A DNA stretch of 64,000 bases from Tricharina praecox (lineage: Eukaryota): positions 806,001-870,000 of the forward strand of contig NW_026250404.1 of assembly GCF_024521635.1 (NCBI RefSeq). The letters are read 5' to 3'. Position numbers and translations under genes: made by a program. Position 1 is the stretch's first letter. Each line of letters begins with the position of its first letter. This document shows positions 1 through 12,814 of the stretch, piece after piece. A model generated the notes under the pieces. The model was not told where the DNA came from. It searched no databases and saw nothing but the letters and a program-made list of their open reading frames with translations.

Positions 1-529
1 GGGCAGTACGTCGGGCAATCGCAGCAGTGGGGCGAACGAAGTCCCATCTCATACCATGACGACTTGCAGGAGAGCAGTTACCGGTGCGCCAGTGCGCGCT
101 GCCGGTTTACGGCGAGCTCCCCGGAGCAATTGACGTGAGTAATCCACGCACCCTGGTGCATACGTACATACATTGTGTCTGACATCGCTGTTCAGTAAAC
201 ACCAGCAAAAGCACCTAAAGATCCACCACTGCCGGTTCGCGTCCTGCTCTCGAACCGAAGGCTTCGCGACGCCCAACGACCGCGAGCGCCACGAAAAGTC
301 CATCCACAAGATCCCCGGCTGCTACTGGAAGTGCCTCGACAACCACTGCAGCAGCTACGGCAAAGAGTTTAGCCGCCGCGATAATCTGAAGGATCACCTG
401 CGCCGCATGCACCCCGTCCCTGAGGGCATGAGCGAGAATGAGGCCAGCGCCCTGCGCAGCAGGATGGCGGACATGTGGCGGTTTGACAAGGGAAGCGATG
501 CGCAGGTCATGGCGGTGGAGAGAAGATAG
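1..529 (+). CDS. Three-finger C2H2 zinc-finger transcription factor, 3' part (5' end lies outside the window); exons 1-134 and 196-529
   Basis: Frame 1 is open from base 1. Intron 135-195 (GTGAGT...CTGAC...TTCAG) joins YRCASARCRFTASSPEQLT|KHQQKH (finger 1). Then HCRFASCSRTEGFATPNDRERHEKSIH (finger 2) and WKCLDNHCSSYGKEFSRRDNLKDHLRRMH (finger 3). Stop TAG at 527-529. Confidence 0.9.
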
Positions 530-3500
530 CAGCAACACCGTAGTCAGTCCACTAACGATGCGGGAGTGATGTGTACGATTTTTTTATTTTTTTTTGTTGG
601 TTCGGGCATATGGAAGGAGTTCATCTGTAAAGGGTTTTGGGGTTTTATTTGGTTCATCCTCTGTTTTTCTCGACTTTTGTTTTCCTGGTGTATCTGGGCT
701 CCGGTATTGGTTTGGTATCTGGTTTTTTCGGGAAAGAGTTTCTTGGGTTTTGGATGATTCGCACAGGGCAGAACAGTTCGAGCAGGACAGGGCAGATCTG
801 ATGGGGATGGAGGTTCTGTATGTAACGTTTTTGACCGTCAATTGTTTTTGGGGGGTCTATCTCTAGTTTTTTTGTTTCCTATTCCAACGAAGAATACGTT
901 GACTTCACGGATGAGATTGATCGTTCAGTTCAGTTCGGTGATTGGGTAACAAGCAACCAAGGTATCCACTGCTATGTGCCCGTTCCTTCTTTTTTGATCA
1001 CACCGGTGACGGTGACCGGCGGCTCCGAGATGAACACCACCGGAAGGTGGGGATGTACTAAGGGTCCTCAAAGTGACTGGAGAAGCAGCTGGCTGGACTT
1101 TAGCGTGCCTAAACGGGGACGGAGGTGTGGTGGAAATTCAGTGTGATTGGCCGACGTAACCTCGAGTGCCGTGATAGGGATAGAGCAAAAAATGAAGTAC
1201 TCGCACACGCGTTGCTACGGTGATATGAGAAGCTTTTGAGTTCCGGATACTATCAAACCTCCAACATCATGCCCCACGTGTCACGGAAAAAATACGCGCT
1301 TCAAACAATCAACACAACTGTACGAGAATTACAAATTATCAACTTAATTTTCGACAGAAACTAGGTATGATACAGACCCTTTCGCAGAAGATCTATCTGC
1401 CATTCGCGATATTACAACAACCTGATGAATCTGCGCATTTTCCCACCTTGTTCTGAGTAAAAATCGTACGAAGAGGATTGTATTGGGGGTGTGCTCTAAT
1501 TTCTGGTTGAAGTATCTGATGCCTGGCAAAGCTGGTGATGTGTGTGTGTACGGAGGGTAACTATTGTCTGAACGCGTGCTCCAGATTCGTCACTCCATCC
1601 AGCCAGCTCCCATCCAGTCCCCAGCCGGTCGCTCAGAGTTTATGGGCTTTATTTGGTTAGACTGTCCCAATACGGGGCGTGACGCTAAAGTCCAGCCAGC
1701 TGCTCCTCCAGTCACTTTGAGGACCCTTACTATATACCTCCTACCTACCTACCCGCTCCAGTCAAGTTGTAGTAGTTGGGTCTGTAATTCGCGGCTCTCA
1801 GAGTCGCAGCTCACGTTAGTTATGTAAGTGCGGATGCTTCGCTGGCGAATATCGTCCGTCTGCAGACCTTCCTTTTCTCCGCACTCAATTCCTCCCCTGC
1901 TCTGCGCTTCCCTGCCTGGCTTTCCCCCATCCCAACCGACCGACCGACCGACCAACCGACCGACCTCCCTGTGTGCCCTGTGGGCACAATCGACTCGATC
2001 TCAAGTTCCCAGCTGCCTTCCAAGTCCAGGGATGGGATGGCTGGAATAGTCGGTAGCGGACGTACTTTGCGGACCTATGTAGCTACCTAGCGGGCGCACG
2101 GAGCGATAGCTGCCGAAGCTCGAGCTGCCAGTCTCTAGGGCTTGTAGGGCTTGTAGGGCTTGTGTCTACCTACATGAGAGATATATGAGAAGGACATATG
2201 AATGTATGCTTGTATGTATGTGCCTGCAAGATTGTGAGATTGCGAGATTGTGAGATTGTGAAGGATCCTCAATCGATACCCGCTACTACTATATAATGTA
2301 GGTATGTACTTTCCTCACTCGCACGTAGAGTACATAAGCACACACCTCCCATTTCCCCCACGACGGTATTTCCGAGGAGCAGTGATACATCAGGTATATC
2401 CTCAGGGAGCTGGTGGGGACGGGTACATATGAGGTATGGCCAGAGATCATCGAGGTAGTTAACGGGGTTTGTCAGCACCTTTGCACTTTTTCACCTTTTT
2501 TCACCTTTTTCCCTTTTTCCCTTTCGACAGACAGGCAGGCGAAGACTCACTCACACCATCCAATCGACCAGCCGTCCTGCTGCTTGTGGTAGTCGGTGGA
2601 TGACTTTCGATGTGGAGGATGCGGAGCCGCCCTTACGTGACTACCTATGTCAGATGCAGATACAGATAAAGATACAGATGTAGATGCGGCTGTTAGGGCT
2701 GCTACATAGTTAGGAGGAGGTGGTGGAGGAGGTGGAGGAGGGGAGACGGCGATGCCCGTTGGGTGCATACATGTTACCTGATTAGTTATCCGATCCAGTC
2801 GTTGGGCTGGCCAAGTAAGTATCGTATCCACCCGCATCGGAGCAGTCAGAGCAGTAACGATTCCCGACGCCCAGCAGTGACAGTTCGAGTCCGATCAACG
2901 GTCGTCGGTAGATATGATGTGGATGGCTTCAAGGTGTTGCACTTGCGCCCTTGTACCCGTGCGAAGGTTGTGTAGAACTGAGTTAGCTACCTTCCGCTCC
3001 GCTGAGCTCAGCACAGCACCGCTCAGCTCAGCTCAGCACAGCCAACACTGGGCAGCATAAGACTTTGACTTTGACTTTGACTTTAACGCAAAACTAAGCC
3101 CTACGGTAGCATACTCTAACTGCATACCTCATAGCCAAAAGGGTATTGGCCCCGAACGGCGCGATGCGATGCTATGCTATGCGATGGGGCTGAAAACTGG
3201 GCTGAACTGGGCGTTCGACGTCGGTGCGGGCGGGCGGACGGGTGACGGTGGATCATCGCAAGGGTGTGTGCAGTGTGCAACGTTGCGACTGACTGACTGA
3301 GGGGAACAAGGCACGATTACGTCGGAGCTTTCGTATCGTGATTCATCGCAGCCAGGACATTCGAACGTCACGTCGACCTTCTTCCTTCTTACTTCTTCGC
3401 CGAGTGGGCGTGGGAGCGCGGGGGAGTGGGGGGGGAGTACGAGCACTAACTCTGTAACTGCATTGTGCGATCTCACAGAGTCGCAGGCCGGGGACAATTT

Positions 3501-6500
3501 ACAAACAGAACAAGCGGTCGGCCACCACCACCCTCACCACCACCACCAGTACCACCCCTACCGTACTGCGTACGGTACCACAAACAGCATGGAAGGGAAC
3601 TTTTTCCCCTTTGTAGCGCGCCCAACGTATCGTATGTAGGAATACCGGTGAACGATACGATGCGTTGCACCCTGTATTAACTATCGCACATTTCCAGGGC
3701 CAGCCCCCCCAGAACGCGTCAGGATCCTGAGGTGAGTCCCTACCTAGATTACTTCGGCACCATCGGCCAGGGTGGGCATCGAGAGTACATACTCAAACGA
3801 CACACTGGGCCACTGGCAGATCGGAAGGTGTTGGCTGGGGACCAATTATCAGCATCCCTGGAATAAAGCTGCATAGGTACACGGTCGGCAGTATGCCAGA
3901 CCCAGTATGCCAGTATCTGAATTACGTGACTCCATCATCGCCTAGTAGGGAGCCGTCCGTCCGAGTACTGTAGAATACATCACCATAGATCCGCCCGAAA
4001 TTTAGTTAGGGGCCAGCCTGGGCCCTGGCCCGCCATAAATCCGCCCCCATCCCCGCTTGGGAACCGATTCCAAGTCTCCACATTGACATCCGCAGTGCGC
4101 ACCAATCCGTATTTTTTGCCGCTCGAACCGCCGGCCACCGGCCAGCGGCCAGACCTGGCGTTTCAGGCGCCAACCCACCTAGGCTTGCTGGGTATAACTA
4201 CCGTATACGTAGTTGGTTGGAGGGCATGGTGCTGGCATGGTGGTGGGGGTCTTCTTTCTTTCTTTCTTTCGAGAAGTAACCGAGCCTGGAACCTGAGAAG
4301 TTGGAGCACCAGAGTTGTGGCTGCGACGCTGCGTTGGACGTGGTGTTCGTTCGTTCCCAGAGGCATAAAAGTTGCCCCTCCTCACGGTAGCTGATTGGCT
4401 AGGTGGTGACATTCCCTGGCAGCAGCAGTCGTACTCTACATACTGACAACATACGTAACATGCTTAGAATAGAGTATAGGTACTGGTATGTAGGTAGAGT
4501 AGGTAGAGTAGTTGACCGCCGAGTCTCGAGTTCCAACAAGCATCGTCATTCTCATCGCCATCGCCGTCGAGCCAACCAACCAAATAACCGGAGCGCACGA
4601 GTGGGGCAGTAGTTTGTAGGAAGTGGTTGTAGGTATCTCCCTAATCCAGCAAGCGACCGGAGAATCCAACTGTTTCGATCTGAGTAGGGTTCGTGGTGTT
4701 TGGTTGGTTATTGGGTTGTTTGTTGGGTTGTTTGTTTGGCCGTTTGTTTACTGTGATTTTTTTCTCGGCAGGGTCATCTATTAAGGTACCGTACCGGATC
4801 GGCGCGTTGGGCTGGGTTGAGTAGAGTAGAGTAAGCCCACGTCGTGGTCGGGAGCGGGGAAGGAGGGGTGGAGTCCGTTGGTTTTGACAGAAGTCATCCA
4901 TGCTGCCCAAGACCTCAGCTGTAGCCGTCGACGGTCGGTATTTAACAGAAAGTCTAGCACCCCTCCCCCGTCTCGCCGTGAAACTGCGTATCTAGTATGG
5001 CCTCCTGCCTGCCTGCCGGCGACGGATCGATTCCAGCATATTTTGCAGACGGTCTTTTGCCAACGTCCCTGCATGCTGGATCCCGTAGGTGGGATCGTGA
5101 GGAGAGCACACCGGGAGCACACACCGGGAGCACACACAGAAGAAAGACGAGATATGGAGGTTGATCGTCGATCCCGTAGATGATGGTCAAGAGAGAAGCA
5201 GAAGACGAAGAAGCAGACGACCCCGCCATGGCCGTCAACGTTGATGCCCACTACTAGCCACATTCGTTTTCGCCCGCCTACATGCCCTCATCTCGCTCCT
5301 TCCTCTCGCTCCGCCACATATGTGTATGTAGTTCCTTCGGCTCCCAGAGCAGAGAGAGAGAGAGAACATCGATTTATGTCGCACGCAGCCTGTCTAGACT
5401 ATGGCGAACCAACGCACTCCTTTTCCTGTCTTCCCTGGCTAGTCGAGGTGAAAGCCCTGGTACCGAACAGTTCGATGCGGCGCCCCACTTTCCCAACCCA
5501 TCCGCCTCGGGCCGACATGAGCAAAACCTTTCGGCTCCCAGCGAATTCCACCCCAGTTGCTGACACACCTAGCCGAGTCAAACTCCATGACTGGATTCAT
5601 TTACACTCACTCGACTTGGGCAACCCAAAAAGAAAATACTATCGGAAAAGCACAGTCTACAGCTGGTGGGGATTGACGAATATACATACAAGCTTGGAAT
5701 TACTCAACACCCAACATGAGCAGCCGTCATTGTTTCTGGGAAGATTGGTGTTGGAAACATATGATCGCATCCCTTCCAAGAGTATGGTATCCTTCCAAGA
5801 GTTCTCAAGGCAGATATCGACACCACTCATCATCACTCATCAACGCACAATACGACACAAATTATTCCACTATTTCAGCCCGTCTAACAACAGTACATAT
5901 ACTCTGAAGAACCCATACGGTATTTAGCTTCCTATCGTCTCCAGTGTACCGTTTTCGTGCTACAATACCATACATCCGACTCCCTCGCTTTTCCACTTCT
6001 TGAAAGGTCACCTCCGTACAACTTCCGCCACGTTTCGTTCCACTCTTTTACCCGAGTGAGTGCAAACTGACACCCGAGAAATTTTAGCTTGTTTCAACAG
6101 GAGTTTCCCCCTCGCTCGGTGGCTCGACGAACTAGTCAGGAGACCACTGGCTGGCACAAGTTAGGCGCTTCCTGACGCTGTCACGCTAGTCCTAGGACTA
6201 GAGTCTATCTACTCTAGCAGTGAGCGAGCTCGATCTTGAAACCCGAACTTGGAGGAAGAGGAGGAGTTGTGTGACAAACAGTACATAAGTGTGTACTTAT
6301 GTCAAACACCGGTCCGCTGGTCAAATTTGGTCAAGTCTGGTCTGGTCTGGTCGCCCGCCCGCACGCCCTTTCGTGGTTCATCCGTGCTGGTGCATCCGTC
6401 TGAGCACCACGCCGAGCCTTGGGGCCAGGGGACGCACGGACTCAAGCCGTCGAACACACGCTAGTGTAGCCGCCAGCGCCGACCTCAAACTGGCAATAAA

Positions 6501-9500
6501 AGGTGGATCATTCCGTCTTCTAGTTCTGCAACGGCCGTCGGCGTTCGTTCGGTAACCCTCTCGCCTCGAGCGGGGGCGAGAAGCAGCACTATCGTGTAGA
6601 CGGTCGTTGGTGGGGGTGGTGGTGGCGGCGGCGGCGGACAGAGAACGCCATCATAGCCAGGCCTGTGTGGAGCGTCCTCGAGGAGGTGGTCGAGCACGGA
6701 CGAAAGTGTAGGTATCGTAGTGCGATGGGGACGGTCGGCTTCGCTGACGATGGATGTTATGTTAGTACCCCATATCGACAAAGGTTTCGACGGAAACACC
6801 CACCAGATGTTGAGCTTCCGCCGTAAGAGTGCCAGAGGAGAAGTTTAACGTGTAAGTCTGTTTGGCAGACACCAGCTGCCGAGTTGCCGAGACGAGACTA
6901 CCAACCGTGCGATGGGCGATAGGCGACATGTGGACGGCCGATGTCGCTTGGCTCGAGATCTGGGTGGATATTCCGTGCAGACAAGAGAACGGTAGGAGAT
7001 CTGAATCATCTGATGGGGGCCTTTGTAAAACATCCAACAAAGCTGGTAAGCGGAGGACGGTTCTCGCGGGAAGGGAGCGACGCGCACCTGCCACATTAAC
7101 CGTATCTGTCTCCGTTAAGATCTTAGTCGCCAGCGAAGGAAGTGGATCTTCGAGAGTGTGTTTCGGGTCTTTGAAGATGGAGCACCTCCGCGCTTAGTTG
7201 AAAAATTGGAGTGTTGCACTTTCGTGCGAAGAGCCGGATGTGTTGGTCGACCGGAGGGAGACGCTCGAGTATCGACAGTCTTATCGAGAGTGGCAGAAGG
7301 ACCGTAGGCCAGCGTGGTACACAAATGGTCATTAAACGTGGAGGTCAGCTACCACCAGGAAGTCAAGAATAGACGGCACAAGCGACGAAGCTCATCGACG
7401 AGCTGAACGACGGGGCTCTAGAATCCGTATGCGAAATTGGAGAGTGCCAGGAAACCATAGAAGCCTTACCGTGCAGTTTTCCATCTCGCTCCCCTCGTCG
7501 CCGACCAGGCTGGTGTGAGAACTGCTGAGGGCAGTCCCGACAGAGGATACACAAAAACGATGTGGCGATAGTTGGGGAGTGGAGGCCGGCAGTGGCCACG
7601 AAGGCACCTTAACCGATCGATGTGGCGGGTTAGGACAAACATATAGCTGTCCAGAAGGAGCCTCATGCTTCGTCGGGGGGATACGACATCTCTTCCGTCG
7701 GCAGCTGCGTCAACTCAGCTTGAAGGCAGAACTTGCTTCAGAGCTCTCCGTCGAGTCCGATTCAATCGACTCGGAGATAATCGACCATCGATCCGATCGG
7801 TCGCCCACATCACCGTGGAGAGCGAGGTGGTGGTGGTGGCGATTTTCGCACACACAGTGACAGGTCGAATATGACATGGCGGGACCTCTGGACAACAGAC
7901 TCCGGCAATCATCTCAGCAAGCTACCCCCATCACCGGCAGAGTTTTATTGTGGATAAAATGATTTCCTTTCGAAAGGCTTCACGGAGACCTTGCTGGAAT
8001 TGGGGCTCATGCTGGTGCCAACGCCCTTCCAATACTCCCTCCCCCCCCCTCCCCCTCCCCCCTTGCAAGTGTTAGACTTCTGGCATTCTCCAGCGATATC
8101 AGTTCTACCACATTGGCCAGCTGTTCGAGCCAACTGGTGCTGTAGTGGTGGTGGCTTGGGAAATCTGACTGCAAACCCTCGAATCAACGGAGGGATAAAG
8201 GATGCATATGCCGTCCTTTCCCACGTCGAACAGCTGATCTTTTGAGGTCCAACGGGCTCAGATAGGCAGTATCGCCCAGTCTCGCCGTCGAGCCCGCATC
8301 CAAGCTCCTCCACCACCACCACCACATCGACAATTGACGTGTGCGTCGCAGCAGGTGTTCGTAGGTGGTCAAGGAAGGGAGACTCAGCTTCCAGCGGTCT
8401 CGCGGGATTATTTGCCTCGAGCTTCTTTTTCCCACAGAATTGGCAATGTGAAACCTCTGCTTTACCTGGGCCCCCGCTTCGAGAATCCTTCGGCAAAAGG
8501 TTTGACCAGCTTTGATGGCCTATCGGATGCAGCGGTAACCAAAAATACACGTTTGGAACACATAACATCGAGCCAGGCCAAATGCTGCCACACCAAAGAA
8601 AAAAAACGAGCTCTCGGGGGCTAGCGTAGAGTGCCATGAACTGCTGGAATGCTTCCATCACCGACAATCGTTTCCGGAGTGGCCATGCGGACCCTGGTGG
8701 TGCTGGCAGCAGTGGCCGTCAGCGCGAGCACGACTCGTCGTACGCATCACATCATTTTCGCAGTGCATAATTCGAGGGAATTTTGGCCCCTGTGGCCCAC
8801 GATTTACCAGAGACTTTCCTGATTTCGAGCAGACGGTAAAACCGCCGGAGTTCATGACGTGTCTCTCTGGTCTGGTCTGTCTGGACTCGGGGGCTCGATA
8901 GTCAATCATGTGATATCACTCGCTAGGATACTTCCACCGATCCCTGTGTCCGGTACTGCGGTGTACAGTGCAGAGGCAAGTGCCAGGTCTTCCTTAGCTA
9001 CGCTCTTCTGCGTTGTCTAACTTGTTACCGGAAAGTTCTTTCTTGATCACAGCCTCGCTGCGGTGTGACCGATCATCGTATGAATCTTCATGCGATGTAC
9101 GAGTACGTCCGTGGTTACCAGGGTTCCAGAATCAACGCCAACGCGTTAGTGAGTCGTTCCTTTTTCCCGTTCTCTTCGACGATGGATCCACTCTGATTCT
9201 CTGCAGCAGGCTTCTCCGCCAGGTGGGTAGCACTGTTAATTGTGTGCGTTTCGGTGTTGTTTTGGCGAACTCTTGTTCTTTTCTTGTTCTTTTTGTTTTA
9301 TTTTTTCTTTCTTTTTTTCGTTCTTTTCCGGTTTTCTTCTTATTTTCTTTTTTTTGTTCTTTCTTTCTTTCTTTCTTTCTTTCCTTGTTTTTTCTTTCTT
9401 TCCGTCGCGAGCCCTACGCCTTGCGTCGCCAGAGCAGACTCTAGACGAAGTTCTCCCCACTACTAGTAGAGTATACGCGCACCATCCTATCAGGGTGCCT

Positions 9501-10903
9501 CCTGGCGCTTCGAACGACCGAATTAAAACCTTTTGAAACGCTGGCCGCATTTTGCAGACAATGATTTACTTCCCGAAACACCGCAGGCATTTTGGACGAA
9601 AGGGTGTGTGCCCGCGCTGGGGCGCATTCGGTTCGCCACTGCCACAGGTTCTGCTCGACGTTGCGGACTCGACACCATCCTTCGCAGCACATCGCATGAT
9701 AAAGCTAAAAAGCACTTGTTCGCTGAAAATAACACAATTGACAGCTAAAGGCCGGGACTAGTCTCGAAGTATCCTTGCCCGTTTGCAATTGACTTCCGCC
9801 TTCCTTCACGAAAAAATGTTGTCCAGAATTCTCACGATATGGCCTTTCACCGCACGCTCGAACCAGCCTTTCTGCCGGGTTTGGCTTGCGGCCAACACCC
9901 AACCCGCACGCACGCCTCTCAACCTTCAACACGTGTAAGCAGCACGAAGTCGAGTCAAAGAAAGAAAGAGAGCGAGCAGGCAGCCCAGCCCAGCCTTCCC
10001 GTCGTCGAAGGGGCACCGCACCGCACCGTCAACAGGCCAGCACCACCAGCGAGCGAGCACCCCTGCACTTTCTCTGCGAGGCCCGGCGTCATATTTTCCT
10101 TGCGGACTGACTAAGTGATTGAGCGACTGAGTGACTGACCGACCGACTGACCGATGACCGACTGGCCGACTGGCCGACTGACCAACCGACCGACCGGGTG
10201 AGTGAGTGACGGACACTGCGCCTCGCGGGGCCCATCGCCTATGTCACTTCCCAGGTACCTCGCTTTCCCAGCGTGCAGCAGTTGCGATCCCTTGCCCCGC
10301 AAAACTCTCCTGTCCGAGGCGGCCATCGGTACCCCCGGCGAGCAGTGATGGTACATGTCAAACCGCTAAACCAGGGTCCGCACAGCAGATGCATTCCGCT
10401 ACCTGTCACCTTGTCTTGTCTTGTCTGGTGCGCTTCACTGCCGACACGTCTGTCTGTCCTCCATCACCATCATCATCACCCACAGCCTGCACCACCAGGC
10501 CCCTCGGCAGTGCGAACGAAAGTCTCAATCGCTGCAGAAACAGCCAAGCGTCCCATCACGCCCGCTTGCTACCCACAGCCCAACAACAAACGCCATCACC
10601 ACCCTCCCCCCCCCACCCCCCTCCCTTCGAGGCCTCCCGGATGCAATTGCACCGCGTTAGGCTTGGGACGCTTTCCGGCCTCATCCATACCAATTCAATC
10701 AGCCTTGTCCCTCATCTATATCCTGCGAACTGTGAAGCTCCACGTATGTGCAAGGTCAGCACGGACCTCATATTGACCACCGACCGTGCTCCCCCCCGCC
10801 GAGGGCCGCTCGTTCGTGCGAACAACAATCGCCGCACTACGTGCTGTGGCTTGCTTTTTTAAACTAAGCTAACACCCATCTTCAGAACTGCTAGCGATTC
10901 ACA

Positions 10904-10910
10904 TATATAA
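10904..10910 (+). promoter_or_regulatory. Candidate TATA box of the zinc-finger gene at 11131
   Basis: TATATAA about 225 bp upstream of the ATG, followed by pyrimidine-rich and then CA-rich leader sequence. Confidence 0.5.
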
Positions 10911-11028
10911 GACGGCTTTTTCGAGCTCCCTTTCGCCTATCATCACCAGCACTCACCAAGATTCCAACTCATACGCCGCCGTTCACTTACTAAAGAAACG
11001 CCACACTCACAGACAGACTCGACCCTCC

Positions 11029-11128
11029 CACCACAACCACCACCACCAACACCACCAACACCACCACCAACACCACCACCACACAACACCACAACCACCA
11101 CAACCACCACCACAACCACCAACACCCA
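11029..11128 (+). repeat. Imperfect (CAC/CAA)n microsatellite in the probable 5' UTR
   Basis: About 100 bp of ccaccacaaccaccaccaccaacacc... ending directly at cccaaaATG. Confidence 0.9.
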
Positions 11129-11130
11129 AA

Positions 11131-12120
11131 ATGCAACAATCGTACGTTCGAGTAACTAAACGCGGCAATCAAGTACCGGTTGTCCCCGTCTGTCCGCCTA
11201 TAGACTGTCCGTTCAAGACGGATGATGGTACGACATGTGGGTTGCGATTGACCAAGGCCTCGGACATTCGGTGAGTCTACCGAGCTAGTTACTTCCGATT
11301 CTGTATGCTGACATATCCGGAAACTAGCGACCATTTTGTGAGAGAACATGGCAAAGGGCTCGTTGCGAAGCCGTACAAGTGTGAGCGCTGCGGGAAACGG
11401 CACGCAACCCCGAAACAAAGAAACAGCCACAAGGATCAGTGCAGGAGGGATCCTGCGGAGGAAGGGGGCGAGATGGAGCTCATCAACTACCACTTGGACC
11501 AAGTTGAGAGAGCGATACAGACCCCTTCTCTCACCACCACCGAAGGCATCAACACTGCAATCGCTGCGATTCTCTGTGCAAACCAAGAGCTGAGTGAGTT
11601 CGCTCATGCTCCGCTCTGTTTTTTTCAAAGCGGTGGGACTCATGGTTCTAAACGAGCAGGTGCAGGCCGTCCGCCAGCCGCGTCCACCTCCTCGACAAAG
11701 AATTCCCCAACCCCACAGCCGAGCGCTTCTCCGTCTGCGCCGCAGCCGCCCATGCTGGAGGTGGTACCCATCGACCCGCAGCACGGCGGCCATCATCATC
11801 ATCAGCACGAGGCTCCTCCGCCGGTCATTTACTACGACTCTCACAGTCACAGTCACGGCGATCCAAATCCACCCGTCACTTACGCACCCGGCTATCCGGC
11901 CCATTCCGAACCCTCGCCCTGGATGTCGGTGCCCCCCGATCCCGCCTACCCCCTGCCCCCTCCCCTCCCTTCCCACGGTCTCTTCGGGTTAAGTGCGCCC
12001 CCCGCTGACATGTATGCAAAACTTAGTCATCCTGGAACCGTATACGAACCGGTCCACGCCTACAACATCCAGCCCATAAACCCGCGCAATGCCGCGTCCT
12101 CTCGCAGGGATAACAATTAG
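11131..12120 (+). CDS. Zinc-finger protein (C2H2 + C2HC fingers, Pro/His-rich C-terminus); exon 11131-11270, intron 11271-11327, then 11328-12120 with a possible in-frame intron 11594-11659
   Basis: ATG in aaaATG context. Spliced product MQQSYVRV...DCPFKTDDGTTCGLRLTKASDIR|DHFVREHGKGLVAKPYKCERCGKRHATPKQRNSHKDQC. Intron has GTGAGT donor, GCTGAC branch site and CTAG acceptor. KPYKC linker between fingers; Pro-rich tail typical of activation domains. Confidence 0.82.
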
Positions 12121-12814
12121 GTAGTCTTGCAAGCGTCGCGATCGTGGGGAAGGAGGGGGCGGGGATAGTTACATGGCGGCATTGATTCGATCGCGGGACT
12201 TGGGGGGACTTGGGGCGCAGGGAGTCGGGGGAGTGGGGGGGATTGAATGGCAGTCGTTGCGGTTGTCTGTCTGTCTATCTGTTTTCTTTTTCTCGAGCAC
12301 ATGAGTGGAGCGGGCGGGGGCGGGGGCGTAGTTGTCGGTACGGAAGAACTGGGAAGACATCTTGATGCATCGTAATGTTTAATATTCGGAGAAAAAATAT
12401 ATACCTGATGTGTGAAGTTGCTGCAAAGCTCAAACAACCACGTTTTTTCTTCCCGAGGTTACACACGAACGAGGGCCGACGGGGGACGAGGCAGGCGGTT
12501 GATCATTCCGAACTAGATATACTCTACCGTACATACCGTACTCTAGACGCATTCGGATAATTTTCCTGCAAAGGTATGGTAGCTTCTCTGCTCTACTCTA
12601 TGTACTCTGCGTCAATGCTTTTTGACGTGCCGCTCCCCCCCCCCCCCCCCTCCCAAGCTCTTTCTTACTGGCTCTACTCTACATACTCTAGATACCCCCC
12701 TCCCCCCATCCGCCTCCCCCCCGCCTCGTCTCCCCACTCGCTCGCCTCGTCTCCAGCTCCTAGGCGTTGGTCCTGCCGGATTGCCAAGCAAAAAAGAGAG
12801 GTACACGAGGCCTA

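Noticed and set aside
2136..2162. tagggcttg x3, superficially telomere-like
   Set aside because: 9-bp unit, not a TTAGGG array; ordinary short tandem repeat.
5241..5927. 228-aa plus-strand ORF
   Set aside because: Spans a GA microsatellite and shows no recognisable domain; insufficient support for a gene.
6186..6201. 16-bp perfect palindrome ctagtcctaggactag
   Set aside because: Isolated, built from CTAG words, with no supporting context.
9013..9550. Phe/Leu-rich and Lys/Glu-rich ORFs
   Set aside because: Translations of a T-rich low-complexity tract (about 9270-9400); no domain.
10990..11976. 328-aa minus-strand ORF
   Set aside because: Antisense shadow of the zinc-finger gene plus the CAC repeat.
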